Below are positions 1-8,407 of a stretch of DNA of 64,000 nt, one piece after another (positions within the stretch are counted from its first letter, which is position 1; the number at the start of each line of letters is the position of its first letter). The position numbers and the translations under genes are program-made. Source of the stretch: an uncultured Actinomycetota bacterium (lineage in GTDB: Bacteria; Actinomycetota; Actinomycetes; JAFAQI01); NCBI GenBank assembly GCA_963770565.1, contig CAVYQE010000002.1:128001-192000 (forward strand), in the 5' to 3' direction. The notes under the pieces were generated by a model. That model saw nothing but the letters and a program-made list of their open reading frames with translations. It searched no databases and had not been told where the DNA came from.

Positions 1-185
1 TGACTGCGGCCGTCGCGCCGCCCCGACGAGTGCTCATCCGTCCAGAATGGCCCGCCGCGACCCCGAATTGTCCGCGTGAACCTCTGAATCTGCGCTGAGG
101 AGCCTCGGGGTCTGCTATCCGGTTTGTACGGAAATTCGATTAGTTTTCAGCGCTGGGTCAGAAGTTCACCGGGCATCGTGAGGAC

Positions 186-1559
186 GTGACCACGACGCTT
201 CCGACCCGCCAGCTCGAGGCGCGGCGGATCCGGCCGGCCCGGGGCACCCATCAGGCCCGGGCCGCAGCCTTGCTGTTCGCGATCGGGCTCGGCGCGCTCG
301 CGGTCCTCGGCTTGTGGTGGCACGACACGACGTCGATTAGTGGCCTTGGCGCCTGGCTGACCAATGCCGGGCGGGTGACCGGCCTGCTCGCCGGCTACGG
401 ACTCGCCGTACTGCTGGTCTTGATGTCTCGCGCACCGTTCCTCGAACACGGCCTCGGCGCCGACACCCTCGCGCGCTGGCACGCGCACGGCGGCCGCTAC
501 ACGGTCTCCCTGATCGTCGCGCACGGCCTGCTCATCGTCTGGGGCTACGCGGTCGTTGCGCATACCAACGTGGTCCACCAGACCGACACCCTGCTGTTGA
601 GCTATCCCGACGTCCTGATGGCGACGGTGGCCGGCCTGATGTTCGTCGGGATCGGCGTGGTCTCGGCCCGTGCGGCTCGCGCGCGGCTGAGCTACGAGAC
701 CTGGTACCACCTGCACCTCTACACCTACCTCGCGATCGCGCTGGCGTTCAGCCACCAGTTCTCGACCGGCGCGGACTTCGTCGCCAACTGGCGGGCCAGG
801 GCACTGTGGTCGGCGTTGTACATCGGCGCTGCGGGCCTCGTGGTCTGGTATCGGATCTGCGTCCCGATCAGGGGCGCGTTCCGCCACCAGATGCGGGTGA
901 CCGAGATCCGCCGCGAGGCCGGTGGCGTGATCTCGATCATCATCACCGGCCGCGATCTCGACGAGCTCCGCGCCGAGGCGGGCCAGTTCTTCCGCTGGCG
1001 GTTCCTGACCCGGGACGGCTGGTGGCAGTCGCATCCGTTCTCGCTGTCGGCGCCGCCGCATTGGCAGTTCCTCCGGATCACGGTCAAGAACCTCGGCGAC
1101 CACAGCAACGACCTCCAACGCCTCAAGGTCGGGACCCGGGTGCTGGCCGAAGGCCCGTACGGCGCGATGACCGCACGTCGTCGACGCCGGCGCAAGGTCC
1201 TGCTGGTCGCCGGCGGGGTCGGCATCACCCCGCTCCGTGCGTTGTTCGAGGAGATCCCGGCTCGGGCCGGTGACCTCACGCTGCTCGTCCGGGCGAACCG
1301 CGAGGACGAGATCGTGTTCCGCGACGAGATCGACGAGATCGCCACTCGCCGAGGGGCGAACGTGGTCTACGCGGTCGGTCCGCCCGGCTCGCCGGACGAC
1401 CCGTTCGTGACCGGACGACTGGGCCGGGTCGTGCCCGACATCAAGCACCACGACGTCTTTCTGTGCGGGCCGCCGGCCTTCATGGCGGTCGCATCGCGCT
1501 GCATCAGACGATGCGGGGTTCCCTCTCGACACCTTCATCGCGAACATTTCGCGTTCTGA
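186..1559 (+). CDS. Ferric reductase-like transmembrane protein with FAD/NAD-binding (FNR-type) domain
   Basis: N-terminal TM helices with conserved His (RWHAHGG, WYHLHLYTY, FSHQ); C-terminal HPFSLS, EGPYG, LLVAGGVGITP, FLCGPP and terminal HREHFAF motifs. Confidence 0.9.
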   Translation: MTTTLPTRQLEARRIRPARGTHQARAAALLFAIGLGALAVLGLWWHDTTSISGLGAWLTNAGRVTGLLAGYGLAVLLVLMSRAPFLEHGLGADTLARWHAHGGRYTVSLIVAHGLLIVWGYAVVAHTNVVHQTDTLLLSYPDVLMATVAGLMFVGIGVVSARAARARLSYETWYHLHLYTYLAIALAFSHQFSTGADFVANWRARALWSALYIGAAGLVVWYRICVPIRGAFRHQMRVTEIRREAGGVISIIITGRDLDELRAEAGQFFRWRFLTRDGWWQSHPFSLSAPPHWQFLRITVKNLGDHSNDLQRLKVGTRVLAEGPYGAMTARRRRRRKVLLVAGGVGITPLRALFEEIPARAGDLTLLVRANREDEIVFRDEIDEIATRRGANVVYAVGPPGSPDDPFVTGRLGRVVPDIKHHDVFLCGPPAFMAVASRCIRRCGVPSRHLHREHFAF

Positions 1560-1576
1560 CCAAAGGAGATAACACC

Positions 1577-2110
1577 GTGCGGCGAGTCGCCGTCGCTCTT
1601 GTCGCGACGATTACCGGGCTGGTACTGCTGCTGCAGTTCAAAGTCCATCCCACCACTGGAGTGGTGGCGCTCGCGGCTGGCCCCACGCCGACCACGCGGT
1701 CGTCCACGGTGGTGCATCCGCGGCACCACCACGTGCGCCCCGCGCCGCTGCTGCCATCGAGCCATCCCGCGACGTCACCGGCCCACACGCCGTCGTCGAC
1801 ACCATCGAGCCACCACCAGCAGTCGATCACCGCAGCGGCACCGAAGACGATCGTCGGGCAGACCGTTCAGACCGCGTTCGGGCCGGTTCAGGTCAAGATC
1901 GTCGAAACCAGTGGCCGGCTGACCGACATCACCGCGCTGCAGCTCCCGAGCGACAACTCGCACTCGGCACAGATCGCGGCCGTTGCCGTGCCGATCCTGC
2001 GGGCGGAGGCGCTGAGGGCCAACAGCGCGCGCATCGACGTGGTGTCCGGTGCGACGTACACCAGTGACGGGTACGCCCAATCGCTGCAGAGCGCACTCGA
2101 CAAGGCCTGA
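1577..2110 (+). CDS. Secreted/anchored FMN-binding domain protein
   Basis: GTG after AAAGGAG RBS; N-terminal hydrophobic segment, His/Pro/Ser linker, FGPVQVKI, and flavinylation motif DVVSGAT followed by SLQSALD. Confidence 0.88.
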   Translation: MRRVAVALVATITGLVLLLQFKVHPTTGVVALAAGPTPTTRSSTVVHPRHHHVRPAPLLPSSHPATSPAHTPSSTPSSHHQQSITAAAPKTIVGQTVQTAFGPVQVKIVETSGRLTDITALQLPSDNSHSAQIAAVAVPILRAEALRANSARIDVVSGATYTSDGYAQSLQSALDKA

Positions 2111-2117
2111 ACCCGCC

Positions 2118-2912
2118 ATGCTCGACGCCCCTCGGTTGACGGTCGCGCGATCCGCCGGCAGTCCGATGGTGCAGGGCCGGCACACCGTGTCGGTCATGGG
2201 CACCGTGGTGTCGTTCGACCTCCGCGACCCGGTGCCGAGCTCGGCGCTCGCCGACGCGACCCGTGCGCTGCATCGGGCCGACGAGCTGTTCTCGACGTAC
2301 AAGGCAAACAGCCCGATCTCGCGACTCGGGCGCGCCGAGATCACCTTCGACCAGTGCCCACCCGACGTGGTCGAGGTGCTCAACCTGTGCGAGCGAGCGA
2401 CCGGCTGGACGAACGGTTACTTCGACGCGTACGCCAGCGGTCGCCTGGACCCCAGCGGGCTGGTCAAAGGCTGGGCGATCCGCCAGGCGAGCGACATCCT
2501 CAGCGATGCCGGGTCGCGGCACCACAGCGTGAACGGCGGCGGCGATATCCAGTTCGCCGGCGGCACCGACGACGGGACGCCGTGGCACGTGGGCATCGCC
2601 GATCCCCATTCACCGGACCAGCTGCTGGCGGTGCTCGAAACGGTCGGTGGCGCGATCGCGACGTCGGGATCAGGCGAGCGCGGCCCTCACATCACCGACC
2701 CGCGGACCGGGCAGCCCGCAACGCACTTCCTGAGCGTGACCATCGTGGCGGAGTCGATCGTCGACGCCGACGTTATCGCCACCGCAGCCTTCGCACGTGG
2801 CGGGTCGGCGGTCGACTGGGTGTGCCGGCTGGACGGGGTCGAGGGACTTTTCCTCACGACCGGCTTGCATCTGCTGGCAACCCCCGGCCTACCACTCGTG
2901 CAGCCGGACTGA
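2118..2912 (+). CDS. apbE: FAD:protein FMN transferase (ApbE family)
   Basis: VMGT, FSTYKANS, LDPSGLVKGWA, NGGGD, IATSG, HITDPRTG and ADVIATA motifs; adjacent to FMN-binding substrate gene. Confidence 0.88.
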   Translation: MLDAPRLTVARSAGSPMVQGRHTVSVMGTVVSFDLRDPVPSSALADATRALHRADELFSTYKANSPISRLGRAEITFDQCPPDVVEVLNLCERATGWTNGYFDAYASGRLDPSGLVKGWAIRQASDILSDAGSRHHSVNGGGDIQFAGGTDDGTPWHVGIADPHSPDQLLAVLETVGGAIATSGSGERGPHITDPRTGQPATHFLSVTIVAESIVDADVIATAAFARGGSAVDWVCRLDGVEGLFLTTGLHLLATPGLPLVQPD

Positions 2913-2931
2913 CCACGTCACCATCGACGCG

Positions 2932-4422
2932 CTAGGCGACTAGTTCGGCTTGGCGAAGGACGTCGTATACGCGGGCGGCGTAGTTTCCGAAGCTGTCGTT
3001 GAGGGCGGTGCGGACTTCGGTGTATTCCTCTTCGTTGAGTGGCGGTGGCTGCGGGAAGAGATCGACCGGATCGCGTGGGTCGGTCCGGTCCGGTGGGTCG
3101 GGCGGGTCGACGAGGTCGGGCGGGTCTGTCTGGTCGGGTGGGTCGGGCAGGTCGATCGGGTAGGTGGCCGGAGGCCGGCGGTATTGGAAGCCGAGCGCGG
3201 AGGTGAACACCTCGGTCCCGTCGGGCTCGATATCGACTCGCCATGCTTTGCGGGTCTTGATGTCGTGATGCATCGGGCACATCAGGTGCAGGTTCGCTTC
3301 GTCGGTCCCGCCCAGCGGCCACGCGACCCGATGGTCGATGTCGCAGCTGGTCGCGCGCCGGGAGCAGCCGATGTGACGGCAGGTCCGATCCCGCGCCTCG
3401 ATCAGCCGTCGAAGCCCGGCCGACGGGCGGTAGCGGTCGCGGCCCAGGTCGAGCATCCGGCCATCGAGGGGATCTGTGACCAGTCGCCGCAGCCACGCCT
3501 GTTTCGACAGCTCTCGCGCGTACTCGGCGGTGATCGGGCCGTAGCCGGAGAGCTCACCAGGACGCTGGGTGAGCCCGAGCAGGGTGGTCAGGTCGACGGT
3601 GACCACGGTCTCGACGACCGGTCGCCGGGCTGCGTCGCTGCCGAGCACCAAATCGGCGAGGGCATCCATCCGACGGTGCCCAATCGGGCGGGTGTCGCCT
3701 TCCCGCCCGAGCTCGGCCGCGCGGATCTCAATCGCATCGCTGACCCGGAGCACCTGCCCGGCGGCGCCGACCGCGACAAGGCTCGCGGTGTCGTCCACCC
3801 CCGGATACAAGCGAACGTCGGCGTCGGCCTTCGCTGCCGCGGCGCGATCCGCGGCCGCCACCGGATCAAGGGCCATCAGCGCCTTCACCGCTGCCCGCAT
3901 CAGCTGAGTCGGGGTCCACCCGCGAAGGATCGCCGTAGGCAGCACGCGGCTCTCGACAGCCGCGGCGACCCGCGGTGTCGCGACGCCCACCACCCTGGCC
4001 AATGCCTTGAGATGGGCCAGGCTGATCTCGCCGCGGTCGAGCGCAACCCAGGACGCCGGCAGTTGCTCTGCGACCTGGTCAGCCAATGCCACCCGCGCCA
4101 GCGAGGTCGAGTACGGCATGCTCGACATCGCAGCCAACTCGTGCCCGATCAACCGTGACGCATCAACACCGAAGCCCTCGGCAAGCAGGTCGGCAGAATT
4201 GACCGCCTCAACCGTCGGGATCATCGACTGCGCCTCGCAATGCGCCGCGAACCGCAACCACAACACGGTCGCCCGGACCGCACCCGCACTATCCATCGGG
4301 GTGGCCCGCAGCGCGACCAGACCGGCATACAACCCGACCCCGACCGCCAGCTGCTCGAGCTCGTCCAGCTTCACCGCGGCCCGCGCGTACAGCACCTGGT
4401 TCGTCGGGTGGATCGGCTCCAT
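2932..4422 (-). CDS. DUF222 / HNH endonuclease (13E12-repeat-like) protein
   Basis: RDRTCRHIGC...CDIDHRVAW..GGT...NLHLMCPMHHDIKT HNH motif; DUF222-type MDALADLV, GYGPI, RRLVTDP; start placed at MEPIHP just below the SOS box. Confidence 0.88.
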   Translation of the reverse strand: MEPIHPTNQVLYARAAVKLDELEQLAVGVGLYAGLVALRATPMDSAGAVRATVLWLRFAAHCEAQSMIPTVEAVNSADLLAEGFGVDASRLIGHELAAMSSMPYSTSLARVALADQVAEQLPASWVALDRGEISLAHLKALARVVGVATPRVAAAVESRVLPTAILRGWTPTQLMRAAVKALMALDPVAAADRAAAAKADADVRLYPGVDDTASLVAVGAAGQVLRVSDAIEIRAAELGREGDTRPIGHRRMDALADLVLGSDAARRPVVETVVTVDLTTLLGLTQRPGELSGYGPITAEYARELSKQAWLRRLVTDPLDGRMLDLGRDRYRPSAGLRRLIEARDRTCRHIGCSRRATSCDIDHRVAWPLGGTDEANLHLMCPMHHDIKTRKAWRVDIEPDGTEVFTSALGFQYRRPPATYPIDLPDPPDQTDPPDLVDPPDPPDRTDPRDPVDLFPQPPPLNEEEYTEVRTALNDSFGNYAARVYDVLRQAELVA

Positions 4423-4425
4423 CAC

Positions 4426-4441
4426 TCGAACATACGTTCGA
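4426..4441. promoter_or_regulatory. LexA (SOS) box
   Basis: TCGAACATACGTTCGA is an exact match to the actinobacterial consensus TCGAAC-N4-GTTCGA, 3 bp upstream of the DUF222-HNH start. Confidence 0.85.
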
Positions 4442-4489
4442 CCCGAGAACGCGTCAAGACCGCATCCACAACCTGTCGATGGCATCGGA

Positions 4490-6370
4490 TCACCGAGGCC
4501 GGCGGACCCCTCCAACGCCGATCAACGACGCCAGGAGCGCCTGCGTTTCAGGGTCAACCGAGTGGACGACTGTGCCGACCATGCCACGCGTCAGCAAGAC
4601 CTTGTACACGTTGCGAAGCAGGGCATGCGCCTGCTCAGGCGGCACGCCCCGAAGTGCTGGATCCTTCGACCCTTGCGGCTGCACGACCCACCGATCCTTG
4701 CGCCACACCAGATCCGGCCCGAAGATCACGCCGTTCCAGTCGTACTCGAAGCCTTGTGCCGTGTAGATGCAGCCGACTTGTCCGAAGCCAGCCGGGTCGG
4801 TCGCCCACAGACTGGCCGGCGGGTAACCGCCTACGCTTCGATCACCTCGCAGATTCCACGGATGTCGCCACGCACCGATGACAACGTCATCCACAAGCGT
4901 GCCGTCGGGTCGAGGGTCGCTCCACGGCCAGCAGAAACCAGCCGTCATTCGCGCACCGTAGGCCTCGGCCGTCTTCGACTGCAGCAGTTGTTCGAGCTCA
5001 GGCGGGGACTGGACAAGGCGCACGTCGAAATAGGTGTCGCCTGCCCATGAGATCGGCCCGCCGGGCTCGAGTCCGAGCAGGCGAAGCACCCACTCCTCAT
5101 AAGCACGCGACCCGCCACAGCGAAACTGCGCGTCGAGCGAGACCTCGACGACCTGCAGACCAAGTTCGTCGGCCTGGTCCCTAATGAGCCTCGGCGTACC
5201 CGTCTCCCCAGGCCGGACGACCTGGTGTTCGTCGAGCATGAACACGGGCACGCGCGCCGCGTCGATAAGTTCGCGGACCTGGGCTTTACCCGTGCGCATT
5301 TCTGCCCGGGTGTAGCGGTTCGCTGAGGTCTCGCGCATCCGGTGTGCCTCATCGCAGATCAGCACGTCGAACCCATTGCGCTCGGCTGCCATGAAACTGT
5401 TGAAGTACTTGAACAACGCCTTCACTCGGGGGTTGCGATGACCCGCCACCTTGCGCAGGGTCTCGGTGAAGGACTTCGACCCCGTCGCGTGCATTGCCGA
5501 GCGGCCCTGCCGCCACAGCTCGCCAAGCAACGACAGCGCGATGACGCTCTTGCCTGATCCGGGCCCGCCGGTGATGAGAACGATCTGCTTGGCATCCGAC
5601 GCCCGAGCGTGCTCGACCGCAGTGAGGACGAGACGGTACGCAACCTGCTGCTCATCGAGGAGGGTGAACTGCTCCCTCATCTGAACCTCGTCCGCCGCCA
5701 CCTTGAGCAGTTGGCGGCTCGGCGCCACCTTGCTCGAGAGGAGAAGATCCGCTGCTTCTGCCCCGGGATCGGGCGCGAGTCGCGATTGGAGGAACTCCAG
5801 AAAGTCGCCTCGCCGCTCACGGGTGAAGAGCCGGCCGTACGTGTCCTCGGGCAGTGCCCGCAGGCTGCTGATCCCGAACTCGGTGGCGTTGTGCAGGTAC
5901 GCCGCTCCGGCGACCGGGTCGACTGCCTCCGCCCATGCGCCGGTGAAGTCGGCGAGGAACGAACAGTAGCGGCGTACTTGTTCAGCGGGGTGGAGAACGG
6001 GGTGCCGGCCGTATGCCTCGATGTAACACAGGTCGTCGGCATCCTCGTGACCCTCGGCCTGGCTCCACTGCTTGAGCTCAACGAGGACATAGGACGGCGC
6101 ACCGGTCTTCGGATGCACCCCTGCGAGGAGCGCGTCGACCCGCTTGCTTGACAGCGGCAACTGGAACTCTGCCAGCACCTCGATCTGGCTCAGCCCGGCG
6201 TCGTGAAGATCGTCGGCGAGCACGGGAAGGCTCCGCTCCCAGGATCGCACCTCGGACTCCGCCGCCCTGCGTCCGAGCGCGAACGCGTACTGCTCCGAGA
6301 GATGCTGTGCCAATCGCCCTGCCTGAGCCTCCGACCGCAGCGACTCGGCCGACGCGCGGAACAGAAGCAC
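4490..6370 (-). CDS. DUF2075 family nuclease-helicase (PD-(D/E)xK-like N-terminus + P-loop SF1-type domain)
   Basis: EFQLP..SKRVD..VLVELKQW nuclease-like motif; GGPGSGKS Walker A; ICDEAHR; QFRCGGS; GCIYTAQGFEYD; NVYKVLLTRG. Confidence 0.85.
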   Translation of the reverse strand: MLLFRASAESLRSEAQAGRLAQHLSEQYAFALGRRAAESEVRSWERSLPVLADDLHDAGLSQIEVLAEFQLPLSSKRVDALLAGVHPKTGAPSYVLVELKQWSQAEGHEDADDLCYIEAYGRHPVLHPAEQVRRYCSFLADFTGAWAEAVDPVAGAAYLHNATEFGISSLRALPEDTYGRLFTRERRGDFLEFLQSRLAPDPGAEAADLLLSSKVAPSRQLLKVAADEVQMREQFTLLDEQQVAYRLVLTAVEHARASDAKQIVLITGGPGSGKSVIALSLLGELWRQGRSAMHATGSKSFTETLRKVAGHRNPRVKALFKYFNSFMAAERNGFDVLICDEAHRMRETSANRYTRAEMRTGKAQVRELIDAARVPVFMLDEHQVVRPGETGTPRLIRDQADELGLQVVEVSLDAQFRCGGSRAYEEWVLRLLGLEPGGPISWAGDTYFDVRLVQSPPELEQLLQSKTAEAYGARMTAGFCWPWSDPRPDGTLVDDVVIGAWRHPWNLRGDRSVGGYPPASLWATDPAGFGQVGCIYTAQGFEYDWNGVIFGPDLVWRKDRWVVQPQGSKDPALRGVPPEQAHALLRNVYKVLLTRGMVGTVVHSVDPETQALLASLIGVGGVRRPR

Positions 6371-6550
6371 CGGACTCCCCAGGCAGCACGAACCAGTCGC
6401 GCGGGTGGGGGCATGTCCGGCAAGGAAGCCCGTCGGGCCGCAGTGCGAGCAACCTTATCCACTGGGACCGAGCCATCCACAGATGTTGCACGGGCCGCCG
6501 CCGGCTCGCGTCTCCCAGGCGAACCTGCAGAGGTCGTGGTCGTTGCAGCT

Positions 6551-6931
6551 ATGTCGGAGGTATCGGTGGGCTCATGGCTCGACAAACGGGTCGACGAGGT
6601 CCGTTCGCTCACAACGCACGCCGACGACGGTTCCTTGTGGATCATGTTGTTCGAGGACCCGTACGGCGCTCCCGTCGTGGCGACGACCGTCGATGGTGCG
6701 ATGGCACAGCTGGACGATGTTCTGCTTCGCAACATTGCGTGGATCCTCGGCGAACTTTCTGCGAAGGCGACATTGCTGTTCATTCCGCGAGCCGACGGCC
6801 GCCCAAGGGCAGTGGACCGCTGGCTCTGGCCCGAGCTACAGCGCCGTGTGCACGGGACGATCGAACTTCTCGACCTGGTCGTGGTTGGACCCGCAGGCTA
6901 CTGGTCAGCGCGGGCCGCGCCGATGCTCTGA
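6551..6931 (+). CDS. Hypothetical protein with RadC/JAB-like C-terminus lacking the metal-binding His pair
   Basis: 126-aa ORF; PRAVD...IELLDLVVVG..GYWS resembles the RadC PS..D...IELLDHIIIG...YxS tail; no HxH. Confidence 0.5.
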   Translation: MSEVSVGSWLDKRVDEVRSLTTHADDGSLWIMLFEDPYGAPVVATTVDGAMAQLDDVLLRNIAWILGELSAKATLLFIPRADGRPRAVDRWLWPELQRRVHGTIELLDLVVVGPAGYWSARAAPML

Positions 6932-7012
6932 CCGCCCCAGTTCGCCGTAGGGGATGACAAGTCGCCGCTGACGAGGTGGGATGGCGGCGCAATCCGTCGA
7001 GATGGGGCACGG

Positions 7013-8407
7013 GTGAGACGTCAATCGGTTGTCGTGGTTGTTGCGTCCGGTTTGGCCGTGGGGGCCGGTCTCGCGGTTGCGCCTATGGCACAGGCCTCCG
7101 GCGGCGCTACGAGGCTGCCGCACTACGTGACGAACGAACTCGTGTCGAGCAAGTCGAGGCCTAGCGGTTACCTGGGAGCTGACGTAGCCATCTCCGGCAG
7201 GACCGTGGTGGTGGATGCCTACGGAACGCGGGTTCACGGGCACCCCGACGCAGGGGCGGTCTACGTCTACATCCGTTCCAAGTCGGGCAAGGGCAGGCTG
7301 ACCCAGCGGGCCGTGATCTCCACACCAGGGGTAGGGGCCGACGAGGACGTCGGCCCGGTCGCCGTGTCGGGAGACACCATCGTCGTCGGAGCACCGTCTG
7401 CCACGGTCGGCGCAACGAGCGAGGCCGGCGCGGCGTACGTGTTCGAGAAGCCGGCATCGGGATGGAGGAGCACCTCGCATCCGACCGCGACGCTTTCGCT
7501 CGGAACTGCCGTCATCGGAGCACATGTCGGGGCGAGCGTCGCGATCAGCGGAAGCACGATCGTCGTCGGCGCACCGGACCAGACGATCGGTGCCAACACC
7601 AACCAGGGTGCCGTTCTCGCGTACACCAAACCAGCCCACGGATGGGTGAACTCCAGCACACCGGCCGTGCTGACCTCGGCTTCCGGGAAGGGAGACGACT
7701 ATCTCGGAGAGTCGGTGGCGATCGCCGGCGGCACCGTCGTCGGAGGCGCCCCTGGCCGCGAGATCGGCGGACAGAACGACACCGGCATGGCGGACGTGTT
7801 CGTCAAGCCGCATAGCGGTGGCTGGGCGACGAAAACCGACACTCGGGAGCTCGCTCCAAAGACCGCCGTCGCCGACCTGAACTTCGGTACGGCGGTCGCG
7901 GTCTCGGGTAGGCACGCCGCCGTGGCCGCCGAGGGTCGCGCTGACCCTTCCAGCCTCGTCCGTCCCGCAGTCTTCGAGTTCAACGAGCCCACCGCCGGCT
8001 GGGGTACGGGAGTCGGCCCACCGCTGCATCCGAGAGCGAAGCTCACCGCGTCCCATGGAGGGCCCTATGACTCGTTCGGGCAGTCGATCGCGATCTCGAG
8101 TTCCATGATCGTTGCCGGAGCGCCGGATGCCTCGCTCGATCGCAAGTACGAATCCGGGGCGGTGTATCTGTTCGACAAGCCCAAGAAGGGCTGGCGCAAC
8201 GCCACGCAGTCCGGCCAGTTCATAGCGGCGAACACCGAGCGATGGGACTCGTTCGGCTACTCCGTGGCGTTGAGCGGCACGACGATCGTGGCCGGCGCGC
8301 CGTACTCGGACTTCACCGGAGTTCACAACTCCAACGACCGCGGGACCGCGTACGTCTTCTCCCAGCAGTTCCAGCACCACCGGTCCAAGATCGAGCCGGC
8401 GAGATGA
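7013..8407 (+). CDS. Secreted FG-GAP (integrin-alpha-like) beta-propeller protein
   Basis: Signal peptide; seven repeats of G.SVA.SG.T.VVGAP......GA.YVF.KP..GW. Confidence 0.85.
   Translation: MRRQSVVVVVASGLAVGAGLAVAPMAQASGGATRLPHYVTNELVSSKSRPSGYLGADVAISGRTVVVDAYGTRVHGHPDAGAVYVYIRSKSGKGRLTQRAVISTPGVGADEDVGPVAVSGDTIVVGAPSATVGATSEAGAAYVFEKPASGWRSTSHPTATLSLGTAVIGAHVGASVAISGSTIVVGAPDQTIGANTNQGAVLAYTKPAHGWVNSSTPAVLTSASGKGDDYLGESVAIAGGTVVGGAPGREIGGQNDTGMADVFVKPHSGGWATKTDTRELAPKTAVADLNFGTAVAVSGRHAAVAAEGRADPSSLVRPAVFEFNEPTAGWGTGVGPPLHPRAKLTASHGGPYDSFGQSIAISSSMIVAGAPDASLDRKYESGAVYLFDKPKKGWRNATQSGQFIAANTERWDSFGYSVALSGTTIVAGAPYSDFTGVHNSNDRGTAYVFSQQFQHHRSKIEPAR

Noticed and set aside
6521-6541. CAGAGGTCGT match to the tRNA as a possible far-left att boundary
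   Set aside because: Only 10 nt, opposite orientation to the other cores, no arms; the left end of the array was not found in this window
6933-6960. CCCCAG...GTAGGGGATGAC resembling arm B
   Set aside because: Needs gaps and has no flanking similarity; could be chance
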